This document shows positions 40,050 through 55,079 of a DNA stretch of 64,000 nt, piece by piece. The stretch comes from the human T2T-CHM13v2.0 reference genome, Homo sapiens. The stretch lies in the NCBI RefSeq assembly GCF_009914755.1, contig NC_060939.1. The stretch is one strand, 5' to 3'. The stretch's first letter is position 1. Each line of letters opens with the position of its first letter. Below the pieces are notes generated by a model that was not told the origin of the DNA, did not search any database, and saw nothing but the letters and a program-made list of their open reading frames with translations. The position numbers and the translations under genes are program-made.

Positions 40050-40559
40050 TGAAGAGACACTGGGCCTTTTAAGAGACACTGGGTGCTGACTCACTTCTGG
40101 GTCTGCCCCATGGGTGGCCCACCGGGTCTGCTCTGGGTGCAGCCAGGCTGTGCAGGTCAGGGAGCCTGAGCTGGACTTAAGGTGGGGAGACATCGCTCCC
40201 CAAGAGCTGCTCGGGTGCGACATCAGGGTGGAGGCTGTTGCTGTGTGTGGCGGCATCACTCATTTACCCTCGTCTCATCAGCCTCTGTCCTTCGGCTCAT
40301 CTGCTTGCAGGTGGCCTCTGATTCTGCCTCTGGAGCCTGTCTGCCCCCTCTTGATTCATTCATTGGGTCCCAAATATGTGAACAATAGCATGCTAGCCAC
40401 TTTTAGAAATATTTGTGTTCATCTTCAAGAGAGGGGGCTCATCCAGCCATTCCCCAGCCCTCAAAACCCACTCCACAGACAAAGCAGTGGCGGGTCAGGG
40501 CTCCTCTTGCTCTTCTGAGCCGCTGGCATAGCGAACACGGTACAAAAGAAAAGGATTTC

Positions 40560-40952
40560 ACATGCAATAGAATTTCATTCACCCTGAAAAGGGAAGGAAA
40601 TTCTGACACAGGCTACAATATGGATAAACCTTGAGGACATCCTGCTAGAGCCAGTCACAAAAGGACAAGTACTGTGTCATTCCACTTCTCTGAGGCACCC
40701 ACAGTAGAGTCACAGAGACAGGAAGTAGAATGCGGGTGGCCAGGGGCTGGAGAGAGCAGGGAGTGGGGAGCTGGTGTTTAATGGGTGCAGAGGTTCTGTT
40801 GTGAAGATGGAAAAGTTCTGGAGATGCATGGTGGTGAAGACGGCACAACAGTGTGAATGTACTTAATGCCACTGAACTCTACACCTAAAAATGGTTAAGA
40901 TGATAAATTTTGCATTATGTATATTTACCACAATAAAAGAAATAAGAAATAA
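40560..40952 (+). mobile_element. L1MB-type 3' end
   Basis: aaggaaattctgacaca...gaatgtacttaatgccactgaact...tatattttaccacaat-like terminus with an A-rich tail. Confidence 0.8.
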
Positions 40953-41059
40953 AAGGTTTTTGGATGATGAACGGGCTCGAGCCAATTTGGACCCTCTAAA
41001 GCTAAGTTGAGCCAGGCTGAACCCATGTAGCCAGAATCATACTGGATTAGGCTGTTCTA

Positions 41060-41331
41060 GCACTTCACGTGGTGAGAATGGGGGAGAGAGAGAGAGAGAG
41101 AGATTGATTGATCAGGGGGCTGTGCAGGGGGCGTGCTACACACTTGTAAACAGCCAGATCTCTTGTGAACTCAGAGCAAGAGTTCACCTATCACCAAGAG
41201 GATGGCCCAAGTCATTCATGAGAGATTTGCCCCATGATCCAGACACTTACCTCCCACCAGGCCCCACCACCAGCATTGGGGATTGCATTTCAATATGAGA
41301 TTGAGGTGGGGACAAATATCCAAACTGTATC
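41060..41331 (-). mobile_element. MaLR LTR fragment (MST-like) with a (GA)n run
   Basis: cctcccaccaggccccacc...ttcaatatgagattgaggtggggacaaatatccaaactgtatca terminus. Confidence 0.75.
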
Positions 41332-42794
41332 ACCCACAAAGAAGCAAAAACATTTTGGGCCAAATCAAAACTATTTTGATGTAGCCACAGTAGGGATGAG
41401 CTGTGATTACACCCATTCAGGCCTGTGGACCTGCGGACCTGGCGTGTGTGGTCGTGGGGCGGTGCGTGGGCACATCCCTGGGAGGTTTCAGGAGGACATT
41501 CAAGACCAAAATGAGCCATGAGTAAATAATACAACCACATCCTGAGTGGGAGTGGGGGAGCCTCCCCTTCTCTCCTAGGTCTTGTATGGGTCATGATCCC
41601 ACCTTGGCAGGAGTGGAAGGAACACAGATCCTACAGGCTGTGGCTTATAGTAAAGTGACTGTGGTCATGCCTTGTGAGTGTCATTAAAATAAACAGATAT
41701 CGTTAAATCCACTATCAAATAACAGCGATTTCTGCTATCCTTTCACCTTTTCCACAAGTTTAAATATCCCAGATATTCTACTGTGTATATTCCTAAAAGT
41801 AGACAGGTAGATTTAGTGAAGTTAACTGGATCATTGGTACCTTCTTTATAGATCATCTGGTGAAACTTGTTTTGCAAATTATGAGTTGTAGGCCTTTGTT
41901 TTAATGTCTGTAGCCTTAGGCAGTTCCATTGAGACTAACTCAGTTTTTTTCTTATTAGGACTAATCTTATTGACCGGAACTGTGGACTCCCCGTATTAGG
42001 AGAACAGAGATCTGGCCTGTGTAAATGAGTGGAAGTTAAATACTGTAGAAAATGCCCTCTGGAAACTGAAATCTAATGCTGACTTACTATTGGTCATTTA
42101 ATTTCCTTCTGGCTTGGGCACCATCGTTACATTCATTTTTCAGATGTCAAGCTAGTTTTCTCAGAATGTGTGCAGGGCTCGAGGCCGAGTGTGGAGGCCA
42201 CTGGGTGAATACAGGAGAGGTCACAGGTCAAGCCTCCTGCGAGAACTGCAGGCTTGAGCCTTCGATAGAGCCACGTGAATGATTTTTAGCCCCACTAGGT
42301 TGCTGTCATTAAACTATGCACACAGGGCTTCTTGCTTTTAAGTTAGCAGGATGGAAAAATTGCAGGTGTTTGCAGCAAACATGAAGAACCAGCCATGCTG
42401 GCCCCTAAGCAATGGTATTACAAAGGGTTGGTGAAGATTTTCTCATTTGAGAACTGAACAAAACCAAATGGAATTCTCCCTAGTTCTGCAGCTCTGGGGG
42501 CTGTAAGCGGCGGAGCTTCCACCTTCCCCACAAACGGACCCAGAGTGGCACCTGGTATGTGAGGCAGGTGACCAGGAGAAGGGGGTGTCAGTGGTTGATG
42601 GGCAGCTGCCTCTGCTGCCTGGTTGACCCAGCCCCTTCCTGGGTCATCTCCCACTTTGCCTGGGTGTCAGTCACTGGAGGGTTAGCGCAGTACAAGCTGG
42701 CGGGTGACCTCCGTAGAGCTTAGGTGAAGGGGCTCTCACAGGGCAGTATGTTTGAGACCCTTAGAGGGCTCTCCTTACTCTTGCTTCTCCCATT

Positions 42795-43380
42795 ATTTTT
42801 AAATTGTAGTAATACACTTGTAACATAAAGTTTACCATTTTAAAGTGTACAATTCAGTGGCATTTAGTACAACGTTGTGCAACCACCTCTGATATTTAGT
42901 TCCAGAACATTTTCACTGCCTCCAGAGGAGACCCTGTACTTATTAAGCAGTCACTCCCCGTTCTTCCCTCTCCCCGCAGCCCCCACAATGAAAAATCTGT
43001 TTTCTCACTTTGGATTTGCCTATTCCGGATATTCCATAAAGACGGGATCAGACAATATGTGCCCTTTAGTGTCTGGCTTATTTCACCAACATAATGTTTT
43101 CAGGGTTCATCCCTGTTGTAGCACGTGTCAGTACTTCGTTCATTTCTGTGGCTGAATGATATTCCACTGAATGGCTGTTTTTATTTTCATTTTTACTTTT
43201 TGAGATGGAGTTTCACTCGTCGCCCAGGCTGGAGTGCAGTGGCGTGATGTTGGCTCACTGCAGCTGAAGGGCTATATTAAGTTTTATTTATCCATTCATC
43301 CACTGAGGGACATTTGAGTTGTTTCTACCTTTAGATTAATATGAATTCTGCTGCTGTGACCATGTGTATACAAGCTTTTG
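42795..43380 (-). mobile_element. L1MB 3' fragment interrupted by a short Alu piece (about 43195-43264)
   Basis: taaagtgtacaattcagtggcatttagtac...ggttcatccctgttgtagca...tatccattcatcc. Confidence 0.8.
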
Positions 43381-43419
43381 GGAAATTTTATTTGGCTAGT
43401 CGTAACTTTAAGTTTTGTT

Positions 43420-43940
43420 TTGGCTATTTATTGTTGCTTAACCAATTATCCCAAAACTTAATGGCATAAAACAGCAAATTTGTCTCTCTCTCACTATTGT
43501 ATGGGTTAATGGGCTAGCTGGACAGTTTTTCTGCTGGTCTCATTTGGCAGCTCTCACTGTGCAGTTAGACAGTGTCAGGGACTGGTCGTCTGGATGCTCA
43601 GCTGCAGTGGAACGTCTGAGACGGCTTCTTCACCCACAGGTCTGCTGCCTTGGTGTTTCTTCATGTGGCCTTTCTACATAGCATCTCATACTCTTGGCCC
43701 TCTTCATGTAGCTTCTCTTTCTCCAAGAGGATAGTCAGTTCTTCTTTTTGGCTTCCAGAAGCACAAAAGTGCAAGCTGTCAGATGTTCTTAAGGCTTAGA
43801 CCTAGAACAGGTCCAGTTTCATTTCTACCACATTCTATAGGTTAAAGGAAGTCTCGGAGCCAACCTTGATTCACTGTGGAATGGGCCCTTCCGAGGACCT
43901 GAATGACAGGAGTTGTGGCTCATTGGGGACCAACTCCAAA
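43420..43940. mobile_element. MLT1-type MaLR LTR
   Basis: cccaaaacttaatggcataaaacagc start and cacttct/cattctat-type internal motifs. Confidence 0.55.
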
Positions 43941-44208
43941 GATGAAGCCTGAGTTCTGAGAACTTTTTCTTCTCTGATTACTCCTTATTCATATTTTATG
44001 TTTTGTTTTATAGATGTAATATATTCACAAGTGTCTTTAAGGAGCTATTTTGATACTCTTTTGTCCTCTCCCTAGCAGGTCTTTTTTCTTTAATAATTTT
44101 TTTCTTAGTTTATTTTGGTCTTAGTTTTCTTTCAAAAGCCTTTCCCAAAATATCTATTCTATGTTGCTCATCATTTGTCATCTTTTTTAAAATGCCCCCT
44201 TTTGTTCA

Positions 44209-44595
<387 letters not shown>

Positions 44596-45524
44596 CTAAT
44601 AGCTTTTAGGGGAAAGGGTTTTTAGGGGGAATTTATGCTGATTCCCAATTGTTATCCCCACCCCTCTATCTTATCTCTTTGCGCAATCATAAATGATGGC
44701 AGGAACTACTCCATTCCTCTGGAGGTGAAATCTACGTTCTCTTGCCTGAGGTAGATACATGTTTGCTGGGGTTCTGCTTAAGGAAATGTGGGAGAACAAT
44801 GTGTTTCAGGGCCTGGAAAATGTGTTCTGTATGTAGGCTTTTGGTTAATCTGTTTTCAGTCTTGCCTATCAGTCCCACTCTCCGGGGTACCTGGTGTCGG
44901 AGTCTAGTGCCTCTGCAGGGTACTGTGGGACAAATTAGCCTCCTTGTTATCGGTATCCCCCTAACCTCCACCTTTGTTTGCTTTGCTTCATTAATTAACC
45001 ATTTCCCATTTACTGTCATTGTCTATTGGAGGTGAATTCTCTTCTCTTGGTAACCCCATCCCTTTTTTTTGGTAATTGTGTGTGTTTATACAATCTTTAT
45101 TCTTCACTGTAATTCCCATGGAGCCTCAGGAAAAAGAGCAGATGGGAGAAATATGTGTTCAGTGTTCAGTTTTCCTTCTGTAAGACACCTGCAACCTGTG
45201 TTTTTCACAGAATAGACCATGGACTTAAAGCATAAAGAGCTACTTTGTTTTTCATGATTGTGCCTTCAATTCTATGTAGAAATATAATCTGTGAATTACC
45301 TGATGAAATTTTCCTAATTTTGAATCATCCTTGTATTTCTATAATAAACACTGTTAGAATGCATACGGTAGTGTTTTATTTTTGCATTTTTACTTTTATA
45401 TTAAATAAGATTATAGTTTTGTTTCCTTCCTTCTAGGCTCTTATTTCATTTCCGTACCAATGGTATGCAGGGCTGACTTGGGAAGCTTACATGTTTTTCT
45501 AAGATCTAGGATGTAGCTCTAGTT

Positions 45525-45747
45525 TACACAGTAATTTTCAACTGAAGGAGATTTTTGCCCCCCATGGGATGTTTGGAAATAATCTGGAGACATTTTCGGT
45601 TGTCACAACTGGTCATGATGGGAGGTGCTATTGGCATCTCTTGGGTAGAGGGGGTGTTACTAAACGTCCTACAACACACAGGAGAACCCTCCACAAATTG
45701 TCTGGCCCAGTATATACACATCGCTGAGGCTGAGAAACCCTGGTTTA
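45525..45747. mobile_element. MER20 hAT-Charlie relic
   Basis: attttgccccc...tctggagacattttcggttgtcacaactg...gctgaggctgagaaaccctg. Confidence 0.8.
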
Positions 45748-46463
45748 AATAAATGTCCAATTTGGAGAGTGAGTCTTTGACTGCCATTTTTCTTCTTCTA
45801 TGTGTTGGTCTCCAGATTTCCCACTTTTTCAGTTAGTTGTAGTAACTGTAGATTCTTTAAAAAAAAAAAAAAAAGGATTGCTTCATCTTTACTTCTAGGC
45901 TGCTGTAAAGATGTATAAGGTTTTCACTTTTTGCATCATATTCACATTAGAAACAGCTGAGTTTTGGAGGGAACACATTCAAACGGTAGCAAATTTAGTA
46001 GAGCAAATTCCAAAGACATTGAGTCTAGGCCAGTTGTCAGTCCTGGGTATAATTTTAGATGTTTTCAGGCTCTGAAGCTTTCCATTTAAATGCAAATTTC
46101 GGAACAAAGATCTGTGTCTCTGCACTGACCAAATAGAAGGTATGTGAATGTTATGGTCTTGATTGTTTTACAAGATTTTTTCTGCAGGTACTTTTGCAAG
46201 TGTGTAGGGAGAGATGAGAAGTTCCAAGGAAAAGGGTGTGAGGTCTTTGGGGCCAGCTTTGAGCTGGCAAGGCTAAATTATAGGAAGAAGGCAGAGAGGT
46301 GGGCAGAGACCAGATGTGGGAGGACTTCCTGTGTCATGCCACGGAGTCTGGACTCCACCCTGTAGGTGACGGGAGCCAAGACAGGGCTTGGCACAAACAC
46401 ATGGCACATTTGTGGTTAAGAAACGTCTTCCTTGCTTCCTTGTGGCCTTGAGGGATGAATTAA

Positions 46464-46937
<474 letters not shown>

Positions 46938-47449
46938 TAATTTCTTCATGCTTAAAATGAAGGAAACGTGAATCATTGATAAGGTGTCCCCTCTTTAACA
47001 AAGCAACAGATGGTTTATCAGGGCCTCTCTTCGCAGGCAGTGGGGCCTCATCCACAACCCTGGAAAAGAACTGGAAAGCGTTGCTCAGCCAGGTACGGAG
47101 GGCAGGGCCATGTGGGACTCCCGTCTCCAGGCCCCCTCTCCCCAGCTCCCGTTTCTTTCTTTCTTTCTTTCTTTCTTTTTTTTCTGAGACGGAGTTTCTC
47201 TCTTGTTGCCCAGGCTGGAGTGCATGTTGCTGTGCACTTTGAGGGCAGGAACTGGCTCCTGCTCCAGTTTGCATCCTCTGCGCCCGGCACCAGGCCCGTC
47301 TGCTCAATGCAGGATAAGCAGGTAGCTTCGGGCTGTCCACCCAGCCCTTGCAGAGGGTGGAGCTACAGAGAGCATGAGTGGCCAAGATGAAGCCCTCATT
47401 GGATTCTTTGACTCTTTCTACTATGTGAGATATTCTTGATGTCTGAGGG

Positions 47450-47865
47450 ATGAACGGCAAACAAAGTGTGGCCTACCCATACAATGGGGACAGTAGTTAG
47501 CCCTAAGAAGGAAGGAAGTTCTGACGCACGCTACAACACAGGTGGGCCTTGAGAACGTCACGCTAAGTCAAAGAAGCCAGTTGGAAAAAGACAAATGATT
47601 GTATGATTTCACTCACATGTGGCACCTGGAGTCGTCAAATTCAGAGACAGAAAGTAGAATGGTGGCTGCCAGGGGCTGGGGGAGGCGGAAAGGGGAGTTA
47701 GCGGACACAGAGTTTCAGATTGCAAGATGAAGAAAGTTCTGGAGATGGATGGTGGTGATGGCTGCACAACACTGTGAGTGTATTTAATGCCACAGAATCA
47801 TACACGTAGAAGTATTTCAGATGGTAAATTTCATCTTTTGTGTATTTACCATAATTTTTAAAAAC
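47450..47865 (+). mobile_element. L1MB-type 3' end
   Basis: aaacaaagtgtggcc...gacagaaagtagaatggtggctgccagggg...aaagttctggagatggatggtggtgatgg. Confidence 0.8.
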
Positions 47866-49957
47866 TAAGAAAATTAAGATATCCTTGATGTCAGATGCCA
47901 GGAGAGCGGTGTCAGGCATCTCACCAGCCGATTCTCCCAGAAGTTTTCCTCCATCGGGTAACCACGAGCCTGGGGTATCACAAAGAGAAGCCTCAGTGTA
48001 AAATCAACAATCTCAGTGGAGTGGCTTCATCAGGGAGTGACAGGGGCGTGATTTACTACTGGAGGACAAGGCAGCAGGCAGGGAAGATGGCCCAAGCCTG
48101 CTTTGAACTGTAAGGAGCACGCAGAACCTCTTATCCAGACCCGGAGGGCTGCCCTGTTGACAGCACAAGCAGCTCAGGGCCAGCGGCGCAGGAAAACCCC
48201 AGGGTCCAGCCAGGTCACGGGCACAGGCCTGCACTCACGGGTCACTGCAGTGAGGATGGAGGTGTCACTGCAAATGCGTAAGAGGATATTTTCAGCAATA
48301 GTAAAATTTTTAACAGATTTTAGAAATGAAAGGGTTCCCCCTGCATATGTCAAGAACCTGAGTTTCTTTCTGAAACTTGGGTGGGACCCTTTAGAGTTGC
48401 TTCAAATAGAAAACACACCATCGGCGGCCACTCCCCTGAGGAAAGGCAGACTTCATGGCTGAAAGCGTCACCCAAGTGCTCCCGGTTTTCAGCATCACAC
48501 GGAGTGGCTCAGGTGCCCATTCATTTTATGAGTCAGCCTGGGGAGAGTACCCACAGATTCGGAGTCACATCTCTGATGGGACACAAGCTCTACCCTTTCC
48601 AAGCATTGATGATCCTGAGGTTGATCAATACTGAGCATTGATGTCTGTGAAAACAAATCACTTAGGTGCAGAGACACCGCAATGACCATCCCGCCGGGGG
48701 CAACCGCCTGATTCCTTCCACATCCTGGTCAACATCCCTGGCCAACAGGGCAGCCCACGGACAGCTGCTCTGCCTGGCTCCTGCTGAAAAGCCAACAGCA
48801 CAACAACTCTGCCCTCCATACAAAACCACATGGGCCCTCGAGATCACACTGGGGCGCCCCCTTTGCCCCCACTTCCTTGGGCTGTGGCTGGCCTGTCTGA
48901 CATTTGCTCTGGGAGATGAGCCAGGGTCTGCCCAGGCCACCACGGGGGCAGAGACGTGAAACAGGCTTCAGCTACTAATTTTCCATTAAACGACAAGAAA
49001 ATCGGCTATTGTGAGAAGAGTCACATGAAGGTACCCAAAAGTTGTCACAGTCCACTCACTCGAAATAAAACCCATCCCATTAGGAACACTGTCATTGCAG
49101 CCCATCTCCAGCACTCTGCTCTGTATAAAAGACTGACTGTGGCAAGATAAGGGTTTAAAATTGAAAATCAAAGAGCCATTCCTCAGTGATACCCAGGAAA
49201 TGACGCACACGGGCTGATATTAAACCCACCCACACCAAGAATCCTAAAAGTTAACGTACAGATTACTCGTTTTCAAGCAACACACAATGATACAAGTAAG
49301 TCCTCAAGAAGACTGCATGGGTTGAGGCACTGGACTTCTCATCATGCCATCTCTCAGCTCAGGGGTCCACGACAAAGCTAACCCCACTGAGATGAAAAGC
49401 CACTTACCCCTTTTTCATCACTCGCAATACAAATTTCAGAACCCATCCCAAACTGGAAGGAAGGATACGACTGAAACTCAACTCATGCCCAGCTAACCTG
49501 GGAAGTACACCCTCCTCAGATAATGGAGACCCACCAATTCCCGGGTGTCAGACGTCACACAACCTCTTCTCCCACCAGGGCTGGGGACCCTCAGGAAAGT
49601 CAGGTGTCCCTGAGAAACACCCGGCAACATGCAGAACCACAGAGACAGGAGGCAAGGTTCCAGACAAATACACCCAGTAGACAGTTAAAGATTTCAGAGC
49701 TGGAGAGAGGTTAGGACACCCCGATTCTCAGACTGCAGACAGCAGGTGGACACCACTGAGCTGGCGACAGCCCCAAAAGAGGTCAGCTTGACTGCGACGA
49801 GGGGACGTCTTCATTATCTGTCCAGTGCTCTCTGACATCACCCCACCCCGCCTCCTGTAGCAGTGTTCTATCTACATGAAATTAACCTCACGTATAAAAC
49901 ATATTCCTGGTTCATTGGCAAACAGGCAGCTCTGAGCAGCACATTCAGAAGTTGCCA

Positions 49958-50192
49958 ACTTTGGGAGGCAGAGGAGTTCGAGATCAGCCTGGGCAACATG
50001 GTGAAACCCCATCTCTAGGAAACATTTATAAGTCAGCTGGATATGGAGGCACGTGCCTGTGATCCCAGCTACTCTGGAGGCTGAGGTGAGAGGATCACTC
50101 GAGCTCAAGTGGTCAAGGCTGCAGTGAGCCAAGATCACACCACTGCACTCCAGTCTGAGCAACATAGTGAGATCCCGTCTCAAAAAGAAAAG
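49958..50192 (+). mobile_element. 5'-truncated AluJ
   Basis: actttgggaggc...gatcccgtctcaaaaa. Confidence 0.85.
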
Positions 50193-52544
50193 AGGTTGCC
50201 AGATTAATCCAGTACACACTTCTTTAATCCCGTAGTAAATTTTCTCTTTATAGCCAATTCCCAAAGTCAAGTATATTGACTCATAAAAATACCTTCTGGG
50301 AAGCATGTGACTGATTTCCAGCTGAGAGGCCCTGCCACTGGATGGTTAAGTTCATAGGCCCCAGAGTCAGAAGGGGGTTGGAATCTCCCCTCTGCCATGC
50401 CTGCTACTTGGCCTTGTGTACGCTCGCGCTCGTGCGCTTGTGCGCTCTCTCTCGCTCTCGCTCTCTCTCTCTCATGCTGATTCTGCAGGCATTCTACAGG
50501 CCTCCCATGTCCCAGGAGCCAGCTCTGTCCACAGTGCTCTTCCTGCTCCTGCTCCTGGCCAACCCTCCAACCAAGGTGTCTAGGAGCCACAGGGAAGAGC
50601 GGGTTCTCTTGCTAGTTGCTCTTCCACTAGGCTGTGACACGCTGGCCGAGCTCCGCCTCCACCGGCTCTGAAGACAGCACAGACAACTGTTCCACCTCTT
50701 CCACTTCCACTGAGCAGAGGAACTGCATCTGAATGAAGCCAGAAATGGGGCATTTGGGGACCGCAACAGAGAACGGATGCCTAGCAGATGGGAAGACGAC
50801 AAACTAACAAACACCCAGGCCTTGGACCCACGCCTCCCGGTAGGCTCCCTCTCCTCTCCCTCTCCCCTCCATCACACTTCGAACCTTCCTGGGCCTGGAT
50901 CACCTTCCTGGAAAGCTGACCACCCCCATGCCTCTGGGCGCCACTCCCCTGCCCTACCACCACAGGGCAACATGGGGCCACATCACGCCACCCTGCAGCT
51001 CCTGTTGGAAGAGGCTGAATTCCTGGCAACACCCACCCATCAGTCCCAAGCCCCGAGCATCAGTACCTTCATGCAAAAGGCACTAGGTTGGCTGCTTTAT
51101 CTCATAAGATGAGAAAATGATGCCCATCACCATAAACACATTGTTAGCTGGTATTGATAGCTGTTAACACCCTGAACAAAGACTAAATGAAAATGATGGA
51201 AACTAGTGTAAAAAGTCTATGATGTGCAAAATAACAAAATCTAACCTAGCAGTAGCCACTCCCTACCACTTGTCACAAGGAAGCACGAGGAACTCACAGC
51301 AACTGGCAGCTCCTGCAGGGCGGACACTGCAAGGTCAACGCTAGAACATAAATGACAGGGAACAACTGAGGATGACCCTGAGCTTCACAGACTCCAGGGC
51401 CTCCCCTGGGGCCATGGGTCCCAGTGGAAATTTGGTGGCACGGGCAGCACCTCCTGGCACAGTCAGGGTGGGGGCTCCCCTCAACCAGTTTGGTCCACCT
51501 CCATGGACCCTTTGGCCACTGAGTCACACATGCTGGCCCCACCACCTGCTTTGAGAACCAGGGCTGTGCCCTACCCTCTTCTCCCTACCCCCTCATCTGC
51601 CTGTGCACCCAGGGGGCCACCACCACTGCCTGGGGGTCCTCACGTTTGGAGGAAGCAGCTGAGGCTACCAGCGGCTGCCAGCTTGCTGGCATGGGTCCCA
51701 GACATTGCCACCACCACAGCCACTGACAGCACCTGAGGAGACCCTCTGAGCCCCCTGCCTGAGGCCAAGCAGCAGAGAAAGCCACATCCTCTAAGGCCCC
51801 CATGGGTGAGTACCCATGTGACAGCCCCCGCCAGACCACTGCCCTTGCCTGGAGAAACCACTCCCTAAGACCCCTCTCCTCCAGCTTGCCCAGCCACACA
51901 GGGAAAAAAACTCACTTAAACTGTCCACCGGCCTGCTTCCACTCTGTGACACAGCGGCTGCCCTGGGGACTGCTGAGCTACAGGGACCCCCAGTCAAAGA
52001 GCCAACCCACTGACCATGAAGCAGAAAGGCCCTCCTGAGGAGGGCCCCAGGGATCGCAGAGTGGACTAGTATCAAACACCCCTCCGCAATGGACCCCATA
52101 ACAAAAGGCATAAATAACAAAAAAGAAAGGTCGACGATGGCAAATGATTCTCCAATAAAAAAATACAAGAGGAAGAATGACAAACCATTTACATCACCAG
52201 AGAGACTGAAGCAAGGTGGGCAGGCAGTCCACAAATTTAAAAGGCAACAACTTTTCTACAGACCAGCCATGATCAGCTAGAAAACAAGGCAAGAGGAGGG
52301 GATGATCCCAGTGACAACAGCAGCAGAAGTGAGAGACGCAGAAACATGCATGAATAAAGCAATGAAGCTCCAGTGATGGAGGCAAAGGACTTTTTACATA
52401 AATCAAAATCTGGATGAGAAGAAAATACAAAAGCTCTCTCCTCTCCCCACCCCCAACCCCCACCATAAAACCCACAGAGCAACCTTAATCAAAATCCCAA
52501 TCAGAATATGGGATGAATTTAGTTTATTCTAAAGTTTATCTAGC

Positions 52545-52838
52545 GGCCGGGTAGGGTGGCTCATGCCTGTAATCCCAGAACTTTGGGAGGCCAAGGCAAG
52601 AGGATCACTTAAGCTCAGCAGTTCAAGACCAGCCTGGGAAACTTGGAAAAACCCCACCTCTACAAAAAACACAAAAATTAGCCAGGCGTGGTGGACCCCG
52701 CTACTTGGGAGGCTGAGGTGGGAGGATCACTTGAGACCAGGAAGTCAAGGCTGCAATGAGCCGTGTTCGCACCGCTGCAATCCAGCCTGGGTGACAAAGT
52801 AAGACAGTCTCAAAAAATAAATAAAATAAATAAAATAA
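52545..52838 (+). mobile_element. AluJ inserted in an old L1ME-like tract (about 52470-54300)
   Basis: Full dimer; the flanks are A-rich with diverged L1 ORF2/3' phrases. Confidence 0.85.
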
Positions 52839-53649
52839 GGCTTATCTATTCAAAGGAATATAGGAGAAAGGTTGGCGGAGAATGAAAAAAGAAGAGGAAT
52901 GAAGAGGTAATGGCCCTTTAAGATAACTAAGTCTTACCAAAAGCCACCGTAACTTACACGGTAGATAGTGGCACAACAATAAAGCAGTAAATTAGAATGG
53001 AGAATCCAGAAACACAGGAGAAACACTCAGAACACAGCAGCTACTTAACCCATGACAAACCTGCCAAAACAGAGAGGTCAAAGTGGCTGACTAGGAAATT
53101 AGGTTGGAATCCTATAAAAAAAAAAAAAACTACATCCACAAATCACACCGTATCTAAAATACATTTTAGATCAAAGAAGAGATGTAAATGTAAAAAAATC
53201 GAGACTATCAAGTATTAGCAGAATATGCAGGAGGGTGGTTATATACATTAGGGTACATAAACCCATTCTCTAAGTAAGATACAAAATTCAGGAGTAATTA
53301 AAGCAAGCTTGATAGTTTTAACAATGTAAAATTTCCAAATTTTTACATTGCCAGAGATGTCTTTAAACAAATTCAAAGGACAAGTGGCATCTGAGAGAAA
53401 ATATCCGCAATATATATAGAAAATGAGGAATAACCCTGTGTACCAAGAACACCTAGAAATCAACAAGGAAAAGCTTCACAAATCAAGAGAAAAACAGGCA
53501 AGGATGAAAAAGAGAATTAGAAAGAGAAATTCAAATTAGTAGTAAGCACAGAAGAAACAGCTTCTTATAATTCACAATTTTTACAAACACAAAATGAAAT
53601 AAGCTATCACTTTACACCCACTTGACTGAATGAAACACAAAGACTGATC

Positions 53650-53700
53650 ATGTCCAGAGAGCGTCGATGTCCAGAGAGTGTCGATGTCCAGAGAGTGTCA
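53650..53700. repeat. 17-bp tandem repeat x3
   Basis: Unit atgtccagagag(c/t)gtc(g/a) at 53650, 53667 and 53684. Confidence 0.9.
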
Positions 53701-54778
53701 GTGGGGACACCGCTGCCCCACACACTAGCATCATTTAGAATGGTCACCACCTGTCAAGAGAGCAATCTGGCAATATCTGTTGACACTCTGAATGCCCAAA
53801 CCATTCAGCCCCGCAAGTCCACTTCTAGGAATCTATGCTACGAAAACAACCCCATGCAGATGCAAGGGTTTAATGTACGAGACTCCACCTGTCAGCATTC
53901 TCCGTGAGTGTGAAAAACGGAACAACCCAAAAGTTCAATAAATAAACAGTCACACATTATGCAAGCGTCAGAATAACGCTGCTTGCGCAAAGGACAAGGG
54001 ACCATCTCTAAGACACACAGCTGGTGAGCGGATCGAACTGCAAATCTTATTTACAGTAGGATCCCACTTTGTTGAAAAATACTTTTAAAATATGTATGTA
54101 TTTAAAAGACAAGTAAAATACGTCCACAGACAGAAAAAGAAAACGGGAGGAATCGCCACCAAACTGTGAACAATGATTATCTTTGTGGGCACTGAATGGG
54201 GCAGTGGTGAAGTTAGGGGGAAGCTTTCATTTTCTATTCTACATGATGCATTTCTGTAAAGTTCTAATCTTTATAATTAGTACATTTGAATTTCATAATC
54301 AGAAACAGATATTTAAAGGATCTCAAGATCTATGTTATATAGCTCTATCATATGTTAGGCGCCACCCCCGTTGATGGAGCCAGGGTCCTTCTCAACTCCA
54401 AATTCCACTGCCAGAAAAATGGCACCTTTCTTCTCCAGAGATACAAGATAATTGCGAGAAGGCAAAATTTTTTTAAAACAGAGACATCAAGCCAGGTACA
54501 GTGGCATGTACCTGTAGTCCCAGCTACTCAGGAGACCGAGGCAGGAGGATTGCCTGAGCCCAGGAGTTCAAGTCCAGCCTAGAGACAACATAGCAACACC
54601 TCCATCTCAAAACGCAAAACAAAAACTACAGATGGCAGATCTATTTAATGATTAGCTCTGGTGGGGAGCACTGCCCCTCAGACCTTGACCTACCCAAGCA
54701 GCCTCTAGTTGTTAAAGACTTCTCAGTATTGGAGAATAAAACAAAATAGACAAGCACTTTAAAATTCACCAGAAGTTA

Positions 54779-55079
<301 letters not shown>

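Noticed and set aside
53650-53700. Short repeat arrays (also 36764-36817) as CRISPR-like
   Set aside because: Head-to-tail repeats with no unique spacers, in primate DNA with no cas genes.
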